From assembly GCA_013044075.1 (NCBI GenBank), contig JABEVG010000005.1:479-64478 (forward strand): 64,000 nucleotides of DNA, written 5' to 3'. The DNA comes from Gallionella sp. (GTDB lineage: Bacteria; Pseudomonadota; Gammaproteobacteria; Burkholderiales; Gallionellaceae). Positions 9,397-17,574 of the stretch are shown one piece after another. The translations under genes and the position numbers were made by a program. The first letter of the stretch is position 1, and the number at the start of each line of letters is the position of its first letter. The notes under the pieces are model-generated. The model worked only from the letters and a program-made list of their open reading frames with translations. It was not told where the DNA came from and made no database searches.

Positions 9397-9575
9397 TTTG
9401 TCCCTGCGGTGTTCGACAGATCCATAATTCTTTGAACCAATAAGCTCTGCTTAAGGCTGCAACCTTTAACGTCGCTGTTGTGAATGTCCCTTGCGGATAT
9501 ACCTGATGCGACCTGGAAGCAGCCCTCTTGAACCCAGGTTCAAGATATTGGGTCACCGGCACAGGCGGGGGCTTT
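9397..9575 (+). ncRNA. ssrS: 6S RNA (SsrS)
   Basis: Lies immediately 3' of zapA, which is conserved synteny. The 5' UUUGUCCCUGCGGUGUUCGAC can pair with the 3' GUCACCGGCACAGGCGGGGGC to form a closing stem. The 3'-arm hairpin CUCUUGAACCCAGGUUCAAGAU matches E. coli CCUUGAACCAAGGGUUCAAGG, and CCUUUAACGUCGCUGUUGUGAAUGU matches E. coli CCUUAAAACUGCGACGACACAUUCA. End coordinates are approximate. Confidence 0.8.
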
Positions 9576-9631
9576 ATTCAAAGACGTCCGCACAACTGCC
9601 ACGCTCACCACGTTGTGTAGAAGTCTTTACG

Positions 9632-9660
9632 GTGCGACCTTTCCGGGTCGCACTTTTTCT
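9632..9660 (+). terminator. Rho-independent terminator downstream of 6S RNA
   Basis: GTGCGACC-tttcc-GGTCGCAC stem (9632-9653) followed by TTTTT. Confidence 0.7.
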
Positions 9661-9674
9661 TTGTGGGATGACTT

Positions 9675-10139
9675 ATGCGCTACTGGTTGATGAAATCCGA
9701 ACCCGGCGATTGCAGCATCGACGACCTCGCCAGCTTTCCCGGGCAAACCGTGGCTTGGTACGGCGTGCGCAATTATCAGGCGCGCAATTTCATGCGCGAC
9801 CAGATGCGGATAGGCGACGGCGTGTTGTTCTACCACTCCAATTGCAAAGAACCGGGCATCGCCGGTATCGCGCGCGTCAGCAGCACTGCATATCCCGACG
9901 CTACCCAATTCGACAAGCTCAGCAAATACTTCGACGTGAAAGCAACGCCGGAAACACCGCGCTGGTTCAATGTGGATGTGCAACTGGTGAAGAAGATCGC
10001 GCTCATTTCCATCGAAGAGCTGCGTCGGCATCCCGCACTGGAGCGCATGCGCACCCTGCAGCGCGGCAATCGATTGTCCATCACACCGGTCGATCCTGCC
10101 GAGTGGAATTTTATTTTGCAGAATCTGGTGGGTGATTAA
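9675..10139 (+). CDS. EVE (PUA-like) domain protein
   Basis: 154 aa. MRYWLMKSEPGDCSIDDL...WYGVRNYQARNFMRDQMRIGDGVLFYHSN...GIAGIARV is the typical EVE / thymocyte-nuclear-protein-like signature. Confidence 0.8.
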   Translation: MRYWLMKSEPGDCSIDDLASFPGQTVAWYGVRNYQARNFMRDQMRIGDGVLFYHSNCKEPGIAGIARVSSTAYPDATQFDKLSKYFDVKATPETPRWFNVDVQLVKKIALISIEELRRHPALERMRTLQRGNRLSITPVDPAEWNFILQNLVGD

Positions 10140-10142
10140 CAT

Positions 10143-10940
10143 ATGGAGTGGGTCGCTACCTATCTTGTACTCGGCGGCTTCGTCGGTTTCTTTGCCGGAC
10201 TGTTCGGCATAGGCGGCGGCCTGGTTTTGGTTCCCGCGCTGCTGCTGCTGTTCGAGGCACAACATTTTTCTGCCGGTATCGCGATGCATCTCGCGCTTGG
10301 CACGTCCATGGCCACCATCGTATTCACCTCGCTGTCCAGTTTGCGCACACACCACCAGCACAGCGCAGTCAACTGGCGCGTGGTGCGCCGCATTACCCCA
10401 GCGATCCTGTTTGGAACGGCCTTGGGCGCGGTCATCGCCGATATGGTTTCGGCGCGCGGCTTAAGCATCTTTTTTGCCGTATTCGTTTATTTTTCCGCCG
10501 CGCAAATGTTGCTCGACCTGCGCCCTCATGCCTCGCGCCAGCTACCCGGTTTGGCCGGCATGAGTCTGATGGGCACGTTCACCGGCGTCATCAGCAGCCT
10601 GGTTTCAATCGGCGGAGGCGCGCTGGTCGTGCCATTTCTGGTGTGGTGCAACGTGTCGCTGCGGCATGCCATCGGTACGGCGGCGGCGATTGGCTTTCCG
10701 GTCGCGCTGGGCGGCACGCTGGGCTATATCTTCACTGGTTTGCATCAACCCGCGTTACCTCACGACAGCACGGGTTATGTGTTTCTTCCCGCTTTGCTCT
10801 GGGTCGCGATGAGCAGCGTCATTACCGCTCCACTGGGTGCCAAGGCCGCGCACCGTTGGCCGCTCAAATGGCTGCGCCGTGGCTTCGCCTGCCTGCTGTT
10901 GATCCTGGCGACCAAAATGGTACTGAAAGTGTTGATTTAA
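10143..10940 (+). CDS. TauE/SafE (TSUP) family anion exporter membrane protein
   Basis: 265 aa, polytopic, with two G-rich repeats (GLFGIGGGLVLVPALL and SLVSIGGGALVVPFLV). Confidence 0.8.
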   Translation: MEWVATYLVLGGFVGFFAGLFGIGGGLVLVPALLLLFEAQHFSAGIAMHLALGTSMATIVFTSLSSLRTHHQHSAVNWRVVRRITPAILFGTALGAVIADMVSARGLSIFFAVFVYFSAAQMLLDLRPHASRQLPGLAGMSLMGTFTGVISSLVSIGGGALVVPFLVWCNVSLRHAIGTAAAIGFPVALGGTLGYIFTGLHQPALPHDSTGYVFLPALLWVAMSSVITAPLGAKAAHRWPLKWLRRGFACLLLILATKMVLKVLI

Positions 10941-10998
10941 TCGCGCGAACGAGTGGCGATATCCGGCAACCCATTGATCCGAGTCAGTGCCGTCAATG

Positions 10999-11637
10999 TC
11001 AGCCATGTCTTGACGCTGCGACTTCCTGGTTCTTCTTGTGCAGCTTTCTGATCAGACCCTCCACGCCTTCTTGACGCAGATCACTGCTAAAGTTCGCGTG
11101 ATAAAGCCTTACCAGACTCACACCATCAATCTTGAGGTCGTAAATCTTCCATTCCGAAGTCGTTTTCTCAACCTGGAAATACAGTTTCGTCGGCTCGTCT
11201 TTTGGATCCATGATTCGAGTTTTGACAGTGAGATCATTTGCTTCCGGGTCGAGGTACAGCGGAACAAAGTCAACCGTCTCGTCAGTATATTGGGCGATGG
11301 CGTCGGCAAAGGTGTATCCAAGAAAGACACGGAACTCGTCCACCATCTGCTGCTGAACTTGCGGTGTAACACTATTCCAGTATTTCGCACCTATGGTCAG
11401 CCTGGTCATGCGTGAAAAATCAAAACGAGGGAAAATCTTGGCATCGACAAGGGCATCCAACTTTTTTATATCATGCGTAATCCCGCTGTCTTGCTGGAGC
11501 GTTGAAAGTACCTCTCCAACCACCTGCTTCACCATAAAATCTGGTGCAGGCGCAATCAGTTCCCCGGAAAATGCAGTCACCGCGTGCAGCAGAAAAAATA
11601 AAAAAAAGATTCGGTTTTTCACTGCCACCCCCTCCAA
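10999..11637 (-). CDS. MlaC/Ttg2D-family periplasmic lipid-binding protein
   Basis: 212 aa with a signal peptide (NRIFFLFFLLHAVTAFSG). FPRFDFSRMTRLTIGAKYWNSVTPQVQQQMVDEFRVFLGYTFADAI...WKIYDLKIDGVSLVRLYHANF is the toluene-tolerance/MlaC fold signature. Confidence 0.75.
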   Translation of the reverse strand: MEGVAVKNRIFFLFFLLHAVTAFSGELIAPAPDFMVKQVVGEVLSTLQQDSGITHDIKKLDALVDAKIFPRFDFSRMTRLTIGAKYWNSVTPQVQQQMVDEFRVFLGYTFADAIAQYTDETVDFVPLYLDPEANDLTVKTRIMDPKDEPTKLYFQVEKTTSEWKIYDLKIDGVSLVRLYHANFSSDLRQEGVEGLIRKLHKKNQEVAASRHG

Positions 11638-11807
11638 AGGTTAGGTTTAATTCCTGAACCAGGATTGCTCGCAACACGGTCGTATGCTAGCAGAAATCGG
11701 AACACATCCGTCCCTTGAGGAACATGGTCGCGCCAATGCACCAGCGACCTTGGGTGCAGACGATACACCGGGTCGGCGTTGTATAATCCCGCGCAAAATC
11801 CGATCCC

Positions 11808-12629
11808 GTGGCCGTAATGATTCTTTTCCCGAGCAGCAACTGGAAACCGACGCTCGCCATCCATCTCTCCTTGCTGGTGTTGGCCTGTACGCTCTTCGTC
11901 ATCTTGTGGCGACCCGATCTGTGGATATGGGCGGCGGGGTTCATCTTCATCAATCATCTGATTCTGGCAGTCGCCGGATTGATTCCGCGCAGCTCGCTGC
12001 TAGGACCGAACATCACGCGCTTGCCCGAGGATGCCGCGCGGCGTGGCGAAGTGGCGATCACCATCGATGATGGGCCCGACCCGGTGGTCACACCGCTGGT
12101 GCTGGACATTCTCGACCGTTACCAGGCCCAAGCGACTTTTTTCTGCATCGGCAAACTGGCGGCGCAACATCCTGACCTGTGTCGCGACATCATCCTGCGC
12201 GGTCATGCCATCGAGAACCACAGCCTCTCCCATCAGTGGTTCTTTTCACTGTTAGCTCCGTGGAGCATCCGCCGCGAAGTCCATGAAGCGCAAGGGCTGT
12301 TGCACGAGATCAGCGGACAAACGCCGCACTTCTTCCGTCCCACTGCCGGTTTGCGCAACCCCGGACTCGAACCCGTACTCTCACGCTGCGGCTTGCGCTT
12401 GTGCAGCTGGAGCAGGCGCGGCTTCGATACCCGCGAGGGGAATGCCGATGTGGTGCTGGCGAAATTGGCACGCAACCTGAAAGGTGGCGACATCCTGCTG
12501 CTGCATGACGGCAATGCCGCGCGTACTGCCGCAGGCAAGCCCGTCATTCTCGACGTGCTGCCGCGATTACTGGAGGTGATTGAACACTCGAACCTTCATT
12601 CCGTCACGTTGCGTTCCGCGCTTTCATGA
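11808..12629 (+). CDS. Polysaccharide deacetylase (NodB-homology) family protein with N-terminal TM segments
   Basis: VAITIDDGPDPVVTPLVLDILDRYQAQATFFCIG...GHAIENHSLSH...FFRPTAGLRN...GDILLLHDG. GTG start at 11808; an alternative ATG lies at 11817. Confidence 0.8.
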   Translation: MAVMILFPSSNWKPTLAIHLSLLVLACTLFVILWRPDLWIWAAGFIFINHLILAVAGLIPRSSLLGPNITRLPEDAARRGEVAITIDDGPDPVVTPLVLDILDRYQAQATFFCIGKLAAQHPDLCRDIILRGHAIENHSLSHQWFFSLLAPWSIRREVHEAQGLLHEISGQTPHFFRPTAGLRNPGLEPVLSRCGLRLCSWSRRGFDTREGNADVVLAKLARNLKGGDILLLHDGNAARTAAGKPVILDVLPRLLEVIEHSNLHSVTLRSALS

Positions 12630-12708
12630 CGAACCGCCTGCGCATGGAGAACCGGCCTTGAACGAAAACGGTCAGCGACTGCCCTGGTATCGTCAAGTTG
12701 CGACGGCA

Positions 12709-13317
12709 ATGTCCAGGCATATGGCTCTCAAAGGCATCGGCACCACGCTTTTCATCGGCCTGTTTTTCGGGGCTTACTTCTATTTGCTCAAGCACCCGGC
12801 CTACCCGACCACGGTCATGCCGTTCACTTTGCCGGACAGATTGATCGGTTTCCAACCGCAGGCCTTGCCTGTGTACCTGTCGCTCTGGGTCTATGTTTCC
12901 CTGCCCCCGGCATTACTGGCGACGCGGCGCGAATTGTATGGCTATGGGTTAGCCATCGCCGCTACCTGTCTTGCCGGGTTGATCATCTTTTATTTCTGGC
13001 CCACGGCAGTTCCCGCAGCGCATATCGACTGGTCCCGCTATCCCGATGTGGACTTCCTCAAAAACCTGGATGCCGCAGGCAATGCCTGTCCTTCGCTGCA
13101 TGTTGCCACCGCCGTTTTTTCGGGTATCTGGTTGCAACACCTGCTACGCCGCTACGGTGCGCCGCAATGGATACGCATCGGCAACGGGGCATGGTGTATC
13201 GGCATCATTTATTCCACCCTGGCCACCCGCCAGCATGTGGCGGTGGATGTGCTGGCCGGACTCGTGCTGGGAGTGCTGGCAGCCTGGCTGTCGTTGCGGT
13301 ATCGCACGCGACAGTAG
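12709..13317 (+). CDS. PAP2-superfamily lipid phosphatase / phosphotransferase, membrane protein
   Basis: Polytopic. C-terminal PAP2 motifs CPSLHVATAVFSG and TRQHVAVDVLAGLVLG. ATG at 12709 preferred; the ORF-track start at 12580 would overlap the deacetylase gene by 50 nt. Confidence 0.65.
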   Translation: MSRHMALKGIGTTLFIGLFFGAYFYLLKHPAYPTTVMPFTLPDRLIGFQPQALPVYLSLWVYVSLPPALLATRRELYGYGLAIAATCLAGLIIFYFWPTAVPAAHIDWSRYPDVDFLKNLDAAGNACPSLHVATAVFSGIWLQHLLRRYGAPQWIRIGNGAWCIGIIYSTLATRQHVAVDVLAGLVLGVLAAWLSLRYRTRQ

Positions 13318-13367
13318 ATGCATCAGAAATGGATCGTGTGCCGCTTGCCGCAGCTCACGCTTTATCG

Positions 13368-13447
13368 ATTCGACACGGTGAGGTTGACACCGTTCGGGCT
13401 GAGCCTGCAAAGCTCATTCACCTTTCGACAAGCTCAAGGCGAACGGG
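13368..13447. repeat. Palindromic intergenic repeat, degenerate copy of the TTCGACAAGCTCAGGGCGAACGG family
   Basis: The arm ttcgacaagctcaaggcgaacgg (13424-13446) faces ccgttcgggctgagcctg (13390-13407). A further degenerate arm, ttcgacacggtgagg, lies at 13369-13383. Located between convergent genes. Confidence 0.7.
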
Positions 13448-13469
13448 CTTCAAACATAATCTGGCCGAG

Positions 13470-14228
13470 TCAATAGAACCATTTGCGCCGGATCAACCGG
13501 GGCAAGCGCATCACGAATCCCGCGAATAGGCGCACGTGCATCCCGGTCAGGAGCAGGTTATCGCGCAGGTAGTTGAAGTGCGACACGCCGCCTTGTTCCG
13601 GTCGCAGATATTTGACGGGAGCCGGGATATTAACTGGGCGCGCGCCGCACCAGCACAGGCGCACCGCCGCTTCGGGATCGAAATCGAAATGGCGCATCCA
13701 ACGGCTGTTTTCCATCACGCCCATCAGCAGGTGCGCCGGATAGACGCGGAAGCCGTACAAAGAATCGCCTATGCCCTGCCACAGCGTCTCCAGATTCGCC
13801 CACCAGTTCGACACCTTGCGTCCACGCACGCGCAACGCCGGCGCGCTGGCATCGAACACCGGCACACCCAGCACCAGCGCGTTGGCATCGGCCAGCGAAG
13901 CGGCCATGAATTCCGGTATCTTTTCCGGCGGATGTTGCCCGTCCGAATCCATGGTCAGCACATGCGTGTAGCCCTGGCGCGTCGCTTCGCGCAAACCGTG
14001 CAGCACCGCCGCCCCCTTGCCCTGATTGCGTTCCAGCACGATGACGCGCAGACCGGGATCGTCCTGCGCCATGCACAGCAGTTCGATTTCGCTACCGTCC
14101 GTGCTGCCGTCGATCACCACCCACACCGGTGTCCATTGCCCGCGCGCGGCGCGCACCGTGGGACAGAGTGCCGCCCCGGTGTTGTAACTGGGGATGAGAA
14201 CCAGATGCGAGGTCGATGCGGCACTCAT
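13470..14228 (-). CDS. Family 2 glycosyltransferase (aryl-polyene cluster type)
   Basis: LIPSYNTGAAL...VWVVIDGSTDGSE...ERNQGKGAAVLHG...TMDSDGQH (GT-A fold, DxD). ATGA overlap with the upstream acyltransferase gene. Confidence 0.85.
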   Translation of the reverse strand: MSAASTSHLVLIPSYNTGAALCPTVRAARGQWTPVWVVIDGSTDGSEIELLCMAQDDPGLRVIVLERNQGKGAAVLHGLREATRQGYTHVLTMDSDGQHPPEKIPEFMAASLADANALVLGVPVFDASAPALRVRGRKVSNWWANLETLWQGIGDSLYGFRVYPAHLLMGVMENSRWMRHFDFDPEAAVRLCWCGARPVNIPAPVKYLRPEQGGVSHFNYLRDNLLLTGMHVRLFAGFVMRLPRLIRRKWFY

Positions 14229-14983
14229 GTGTGTTCTCTGCTTTCCGTTGGCTGCATCTCGCGGCGGTAATACGCTTCCAGTTCGGCGACAAAGGCATGC
14301 ACGTCGCCGGTCACTTCGAAGCGTTCGCCCAAACGTACGCGATAGATTAGTGGAAACTCGGGCTTCTTCAGCAACGGCCAGCCCTTGCCGAGGAACGGGC
14401 TGTTGGTTTCGATGAACACCGTCTGGATCGGCACGCCGTTTTTTTTGGCAACCAAGGCGAATCCACCTTTGAACGGATTGATTGGCGGTGTGACGGTGCG
14501 TGTACCTTCGGGAAAGATCAGCAACTGTCGGCCTTCATGTATCGCCGCTGCCGCGCGGCGGATCAGGTTGCCGGTGAAATCGTTGCGCAGATAGCCCGCC
14601 ATGCTGGCCCCGCCGCCCAGCATCGGATTGTCGAGCAGGGACGCTTTCAACACGCACACCATGCGCGGCAGTCGCGAGCCGATGAGGACCACATCGATCA
14701 ATGCCGGGTGGTTGGTGGTGATGATGAGCGGCTCGCCGCGCAAGGCATCCAGCGCGCCCAGATCGCATTTCACCAGACCGCTGGCGCGCACCACGCACAG
14801 ATAGGTGCGGAACCCCAACATGATCACGCGTTGCCCAAGCGACACAGCGATGCGCCTCGGCAACAGATGACGCAACACGGCGGCGGGCAAACTCCAGGCC
14901 AGACAAATCAGCGCGAAGAACAGCAGACCTCCGTACAGCACAATGTATTCGTACAGGGATGTTATTTGTCGCCAGAGCCACAT
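14225..14983 (-). CDS. Lysophospholipid / 1-acylglycerol-3-phosphate acyltransferase (PlsC family)
   Basis: N-terminal TM segment, HX4D motif (TNHPALID) and FPEGTRT motif. Confidence 0.85.
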   Translation of the reverse strand: MWLWRQITSLYEYIVLYGGLLFFALICLAWSLPAAVLRHLLPRRIAVSLGQRVIMLGFRTYLCVVRASGLVKCDLGALDALRGEPLIITTNHPALIDVVLIGSRLPRMVCVLKASLLDNPMLGGGASMAGYLRNDFTGNLIRRAAAAIHEGRQLLIFPEGTRTVTPPINPFKGGFALVAKKNGVPIQTVFIETNSPFLGKGWPLLKKPEFPLIYRVRLGERFEVTGDVHAFVAELEAYYRREMQPTESREHT

Positions 14984-15080
14984 CTGTTTATCGTTCCATT
15001 GGGTTATTTCGAGCCATCCCGTTCGCGCACCAGCCTAGCACAGTGCCATGTCGGTTTTATGATGGTCACCCGGCAAACCG

Positions 15081-16103
15081 TCAGCGCGCGCCATTGAAAT
15101 AAACTCCCTCGATCTCCAACAATAAATCGGAGCGGCAGATATCCGAACGCAGATAGGCCGCTACGCATGCCGTGCCGAATTCGGCCTGCACCTTGCTCCG
15201 CACCATTTCCAGATCGCCGGCATGACGCAGATAAACTTTGAGTGACAGGCGTCCCTGTGCGGCGTTGTAGTGGGGTATCTGTTGCAACAGCGTGCGAATG
15301 TTCAGCAAGGTCTCGGCAGCCTGCTGTTCCGCATCACCCCGATGCAGCGTCTCGTAGCCGACGATACTGGCGGTACCCGAGATCAGGAAGCCAGGCTGTC
15401 CGCCCAGGGTCGCCGACATGGCGCGCGCGAAGATCGGGCTGCGCGGACCGAACAGTTTTGGATAGTGATACGCGCTGATCTGGCGGGGGTTCTCCACTGC
15501 CGTGCCGGGCTGCTTTCCCGCCATGAAATAAATCGTCAGCGCACCGCTGTCACTGCCCAGCGCACTCGCCGCCGGAACGCTCGCTGCGCCGATGCCGCGT
15601 CCGCCGGCAACAAACGCCGCATGCCGGCCGATGTTGAAACCGCGATAGCGTTCCACACCGTTCTCGTTGTCGTTGATCTGCGGAAAGTAATGCCAGACGC
15701 GCAACAGGTTGGAGTAACCGTGCCGTTCGATGAATTCGAAGATGCTCGTATAGGATTGTGCCGCCAGCATCTCCAGTGTCTCGCCCGCGCGCTGCTCCAG
15801 CGACAGGCTGGCAAAAAGCACCTTGCCGTCGCTCGCGCCGACGATGCCCTGGTACGCGAGTGGCTCGACCGGCGCATCGCTGGTCCACACTTCAAGGCAG
15901 GTGTCGTGTCCGCCCAGCACGGGAATGTTTACCCAGACGGTCGCATGCGCGACCGTCGCTCGCCGACCGAAGCCGATCACTCCCAGCACACGACCCTCGC
16001 ATCGCGCCAGATAATCGTCCGCTTCTGACGGGTCGAGATAAGCCAATCCGAATTGTTGGTCGTCACGCCGCATATCAACCCGCCACGCCCGTCTCCGCGA
16101 CAC
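15081..16103 (-). CDS. xanB2: FkbO/Hyg5/XanB2-type chorismatase (chorismate to 3-/4-hydroxybenzoate)
   Basis: 340 aa. LLRVWHYFPQINDNENGVERYRGFNIGRHAAF...PRQISAYHYPKLFGPRSPIFARAM...LISGTASIVGYETLH is a chorismatase core plus a YjgF-like C-terminal half. An alternative start lies at 16073. Confidence 0.75.
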   Translation of the reverse strand: MSRRRAWRVDMRRDDQQFGLAYLDPSEADDYLARCEGRVLGVIGFGRRATVAHATVWVNIPVLGGHDTCLEVWTSDAPVEPLAYQGIVGASDGKVLFASLSLEQRAGETLEMLAAQSYTSIFEFIERHGYSNLLRVWHYFPQINDNENGVERYRGFNIGRHAAFVAGGRGIGAASVPAASALGSDSGALTIYFMAGKQPGTAVENPRQISAYHYPKLFGPRSPIFARAMSATLGGQPGFLISGTASIVGYETLHRGDAEQQAAETLLNIRTLLQQIPHYNAAQGRLSLKVYLRHAGDLEMVRSKVQAEFGTACVAAYLRSDICRSDLLLEIEGVYFNGAR

Positions 16104-17382
16104 GGATGGCGTACTTGCGTTTGCGCCAAGCCAAGTAGCTGCCCTTCGGGTCGGACAGACTCAACAGGTAGTACATGACCTTGAACATGAACAGCCAGAA
16201 GGCATAATTTTTTTTGCCGAACACATCGCCGACCAACACCGAAATCAAGGCTTTTTTGGTTTTGTTTTCGGGACCCGTGTACATGAGCAGGCTGCGCATC
16301 GCGGGCGTGGTGATGCGATAGATGAACCAGGAAAAAATCTTCGGACCGTACAACATCGCCGCGTTGAACTCCTTCAATGCGCGTGCCGCTTCCTGAGGCT
16401 TGTTCAGACACACCTCGACCGTCTCCGCGCCGACAAAAGCACTGTTCATCGCCAGAAACACACCCGAAGAAAACACCGGGTCGATGAAGGCGAACGCGTC
16501 ACCCAGCAGAATGTAGTTCTCGCCGGATGACCGCTCCGCAAGATAGGAGAAATTACCGGTCGCCGTCACCGGCGAAACCAGCGTGGCATCCTTCAGCCGC
16601 TCCGCCAGGGCGGGACACAGGGCGATGGTATCCATCAGGAACTGCGCGGTGGAAGTCTTGCGTGTCTTCATGTAATACGGCCAGCAGGTCGCGCCGATGC
16701 TGGTGTTGCCGTCGGACAAGGGAATGAACCAGAACCAGCCGTGATCGAACCAGAACAAACTGATGTTGCCTCCGACCTTGCCTTCCAGACGTTTCGCGCC
16801 GGAAAAATGGCCGAAGATCGCCGCGCTGTTGTGCTTCTTGTTGCGGTGTTTCATGCCGAAGTGATGGGACAGGAAGGTGTCCCGCCCGGAAGCGTCCACC
16901 ACGAACCTGGCGCGGATGTGCCTCTGCCCGTCCTTACCCGTTGCCGTGACGGTCGCAGCCGCGCCCGGATGGAACTGGATGCCGGTCACCTTGCATTCTT
17001 CGATGGCGCGCGCGCCTTTGCTCACTGCGTTCTTGAACAGGATGTCGTCAAACTCGTCGCGGCGCACCTGATAGGCGGATGGGTAGGTGTTATCCCACGC
17101 ATCGTTGAAGTCGATCATCACCGGCGCGCCATGCCAGGGCGAGACGAACTCGGCACCCAGCTTGACGATGCCGATACGCTTGATGTCTTCGGCCACACCG
17201 AGCTTGTCGAACAGCGGCATGTTCATCGGCAGCAGCGACTCACCGATATGGAAGCGCGGGTGTTTGGATTTTTCCAGCATCAGCACATCGTGCCCGCGTT
17301 GTGCCAGCAACGCGGCGATGGTCGATCCGGCGGGGCCGCCACCGATGACCAGCACCTCGCAGGTGTTTTCTTGCACAACCAT
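16075..17382 (-). CDS. Flavin-dependent halogenase
   Basis: 435 aa. FAD fold VLVIGGGPAGSTIAALLAQRGHDVLMLEK, HIGESLLP, and the halogenase signature WxWxIP (GWFWFIPLSDG). Confidence 0.8.
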   Translation of the reverse strand: MVVQENTCEVLVIGGGPAGSTIAALLAQRGHDVLMLEKSKHPRFHIGESLLPMNMPLFDKLGVAEDIKRIGIVKLGAEFVSPWHGAPVMIDFNDAWDNTYPSAYQVRRDEFDDILFKNAVSKGARAIEECKVTGIQFHPGAAATVTATGKDGQRHIRARFVVDASGRDTFLSHHFGMKHRNKKHNSAAIFGHFSGAKRLEGKVGGNISLFWFDHGWFWFIPLSDGNTSIGATCWPYYMKTRKTSTAQFLMDTIALCPALAERLKDATLVSPVTATGNFSYLAERSSGENYILLGDAFAFIDPVFSSGVFLAMNSAFVGAETVEVCLNKPQEAARALKEFNAAMLYGPKIFSWFIYRITTPAMRSLLMYTGPENKTKKALISVLVGDVFGKKNYAFWLFMFKVMYYLLSLSDPKGSYLAWRKRKYAIRVAETGVAG

Positions 17383-17574
17383 GATGATCCTTTCGCCGCT
17401 TTATTTTGCAGAGGCCGATTTTGCGGAAGGCGTATTTCCAGATGGATTTGTTCGCGTCTGACGTGTCGCGCATGCGGTCGCCAAAGTGGCGTTGAACACG
17501 ATAAAAATCAGCTGTGGATTACCCGCTGTTATATTTATGTCGACGCGCAAAATAGCGTCATCAACTTCCCCGAT

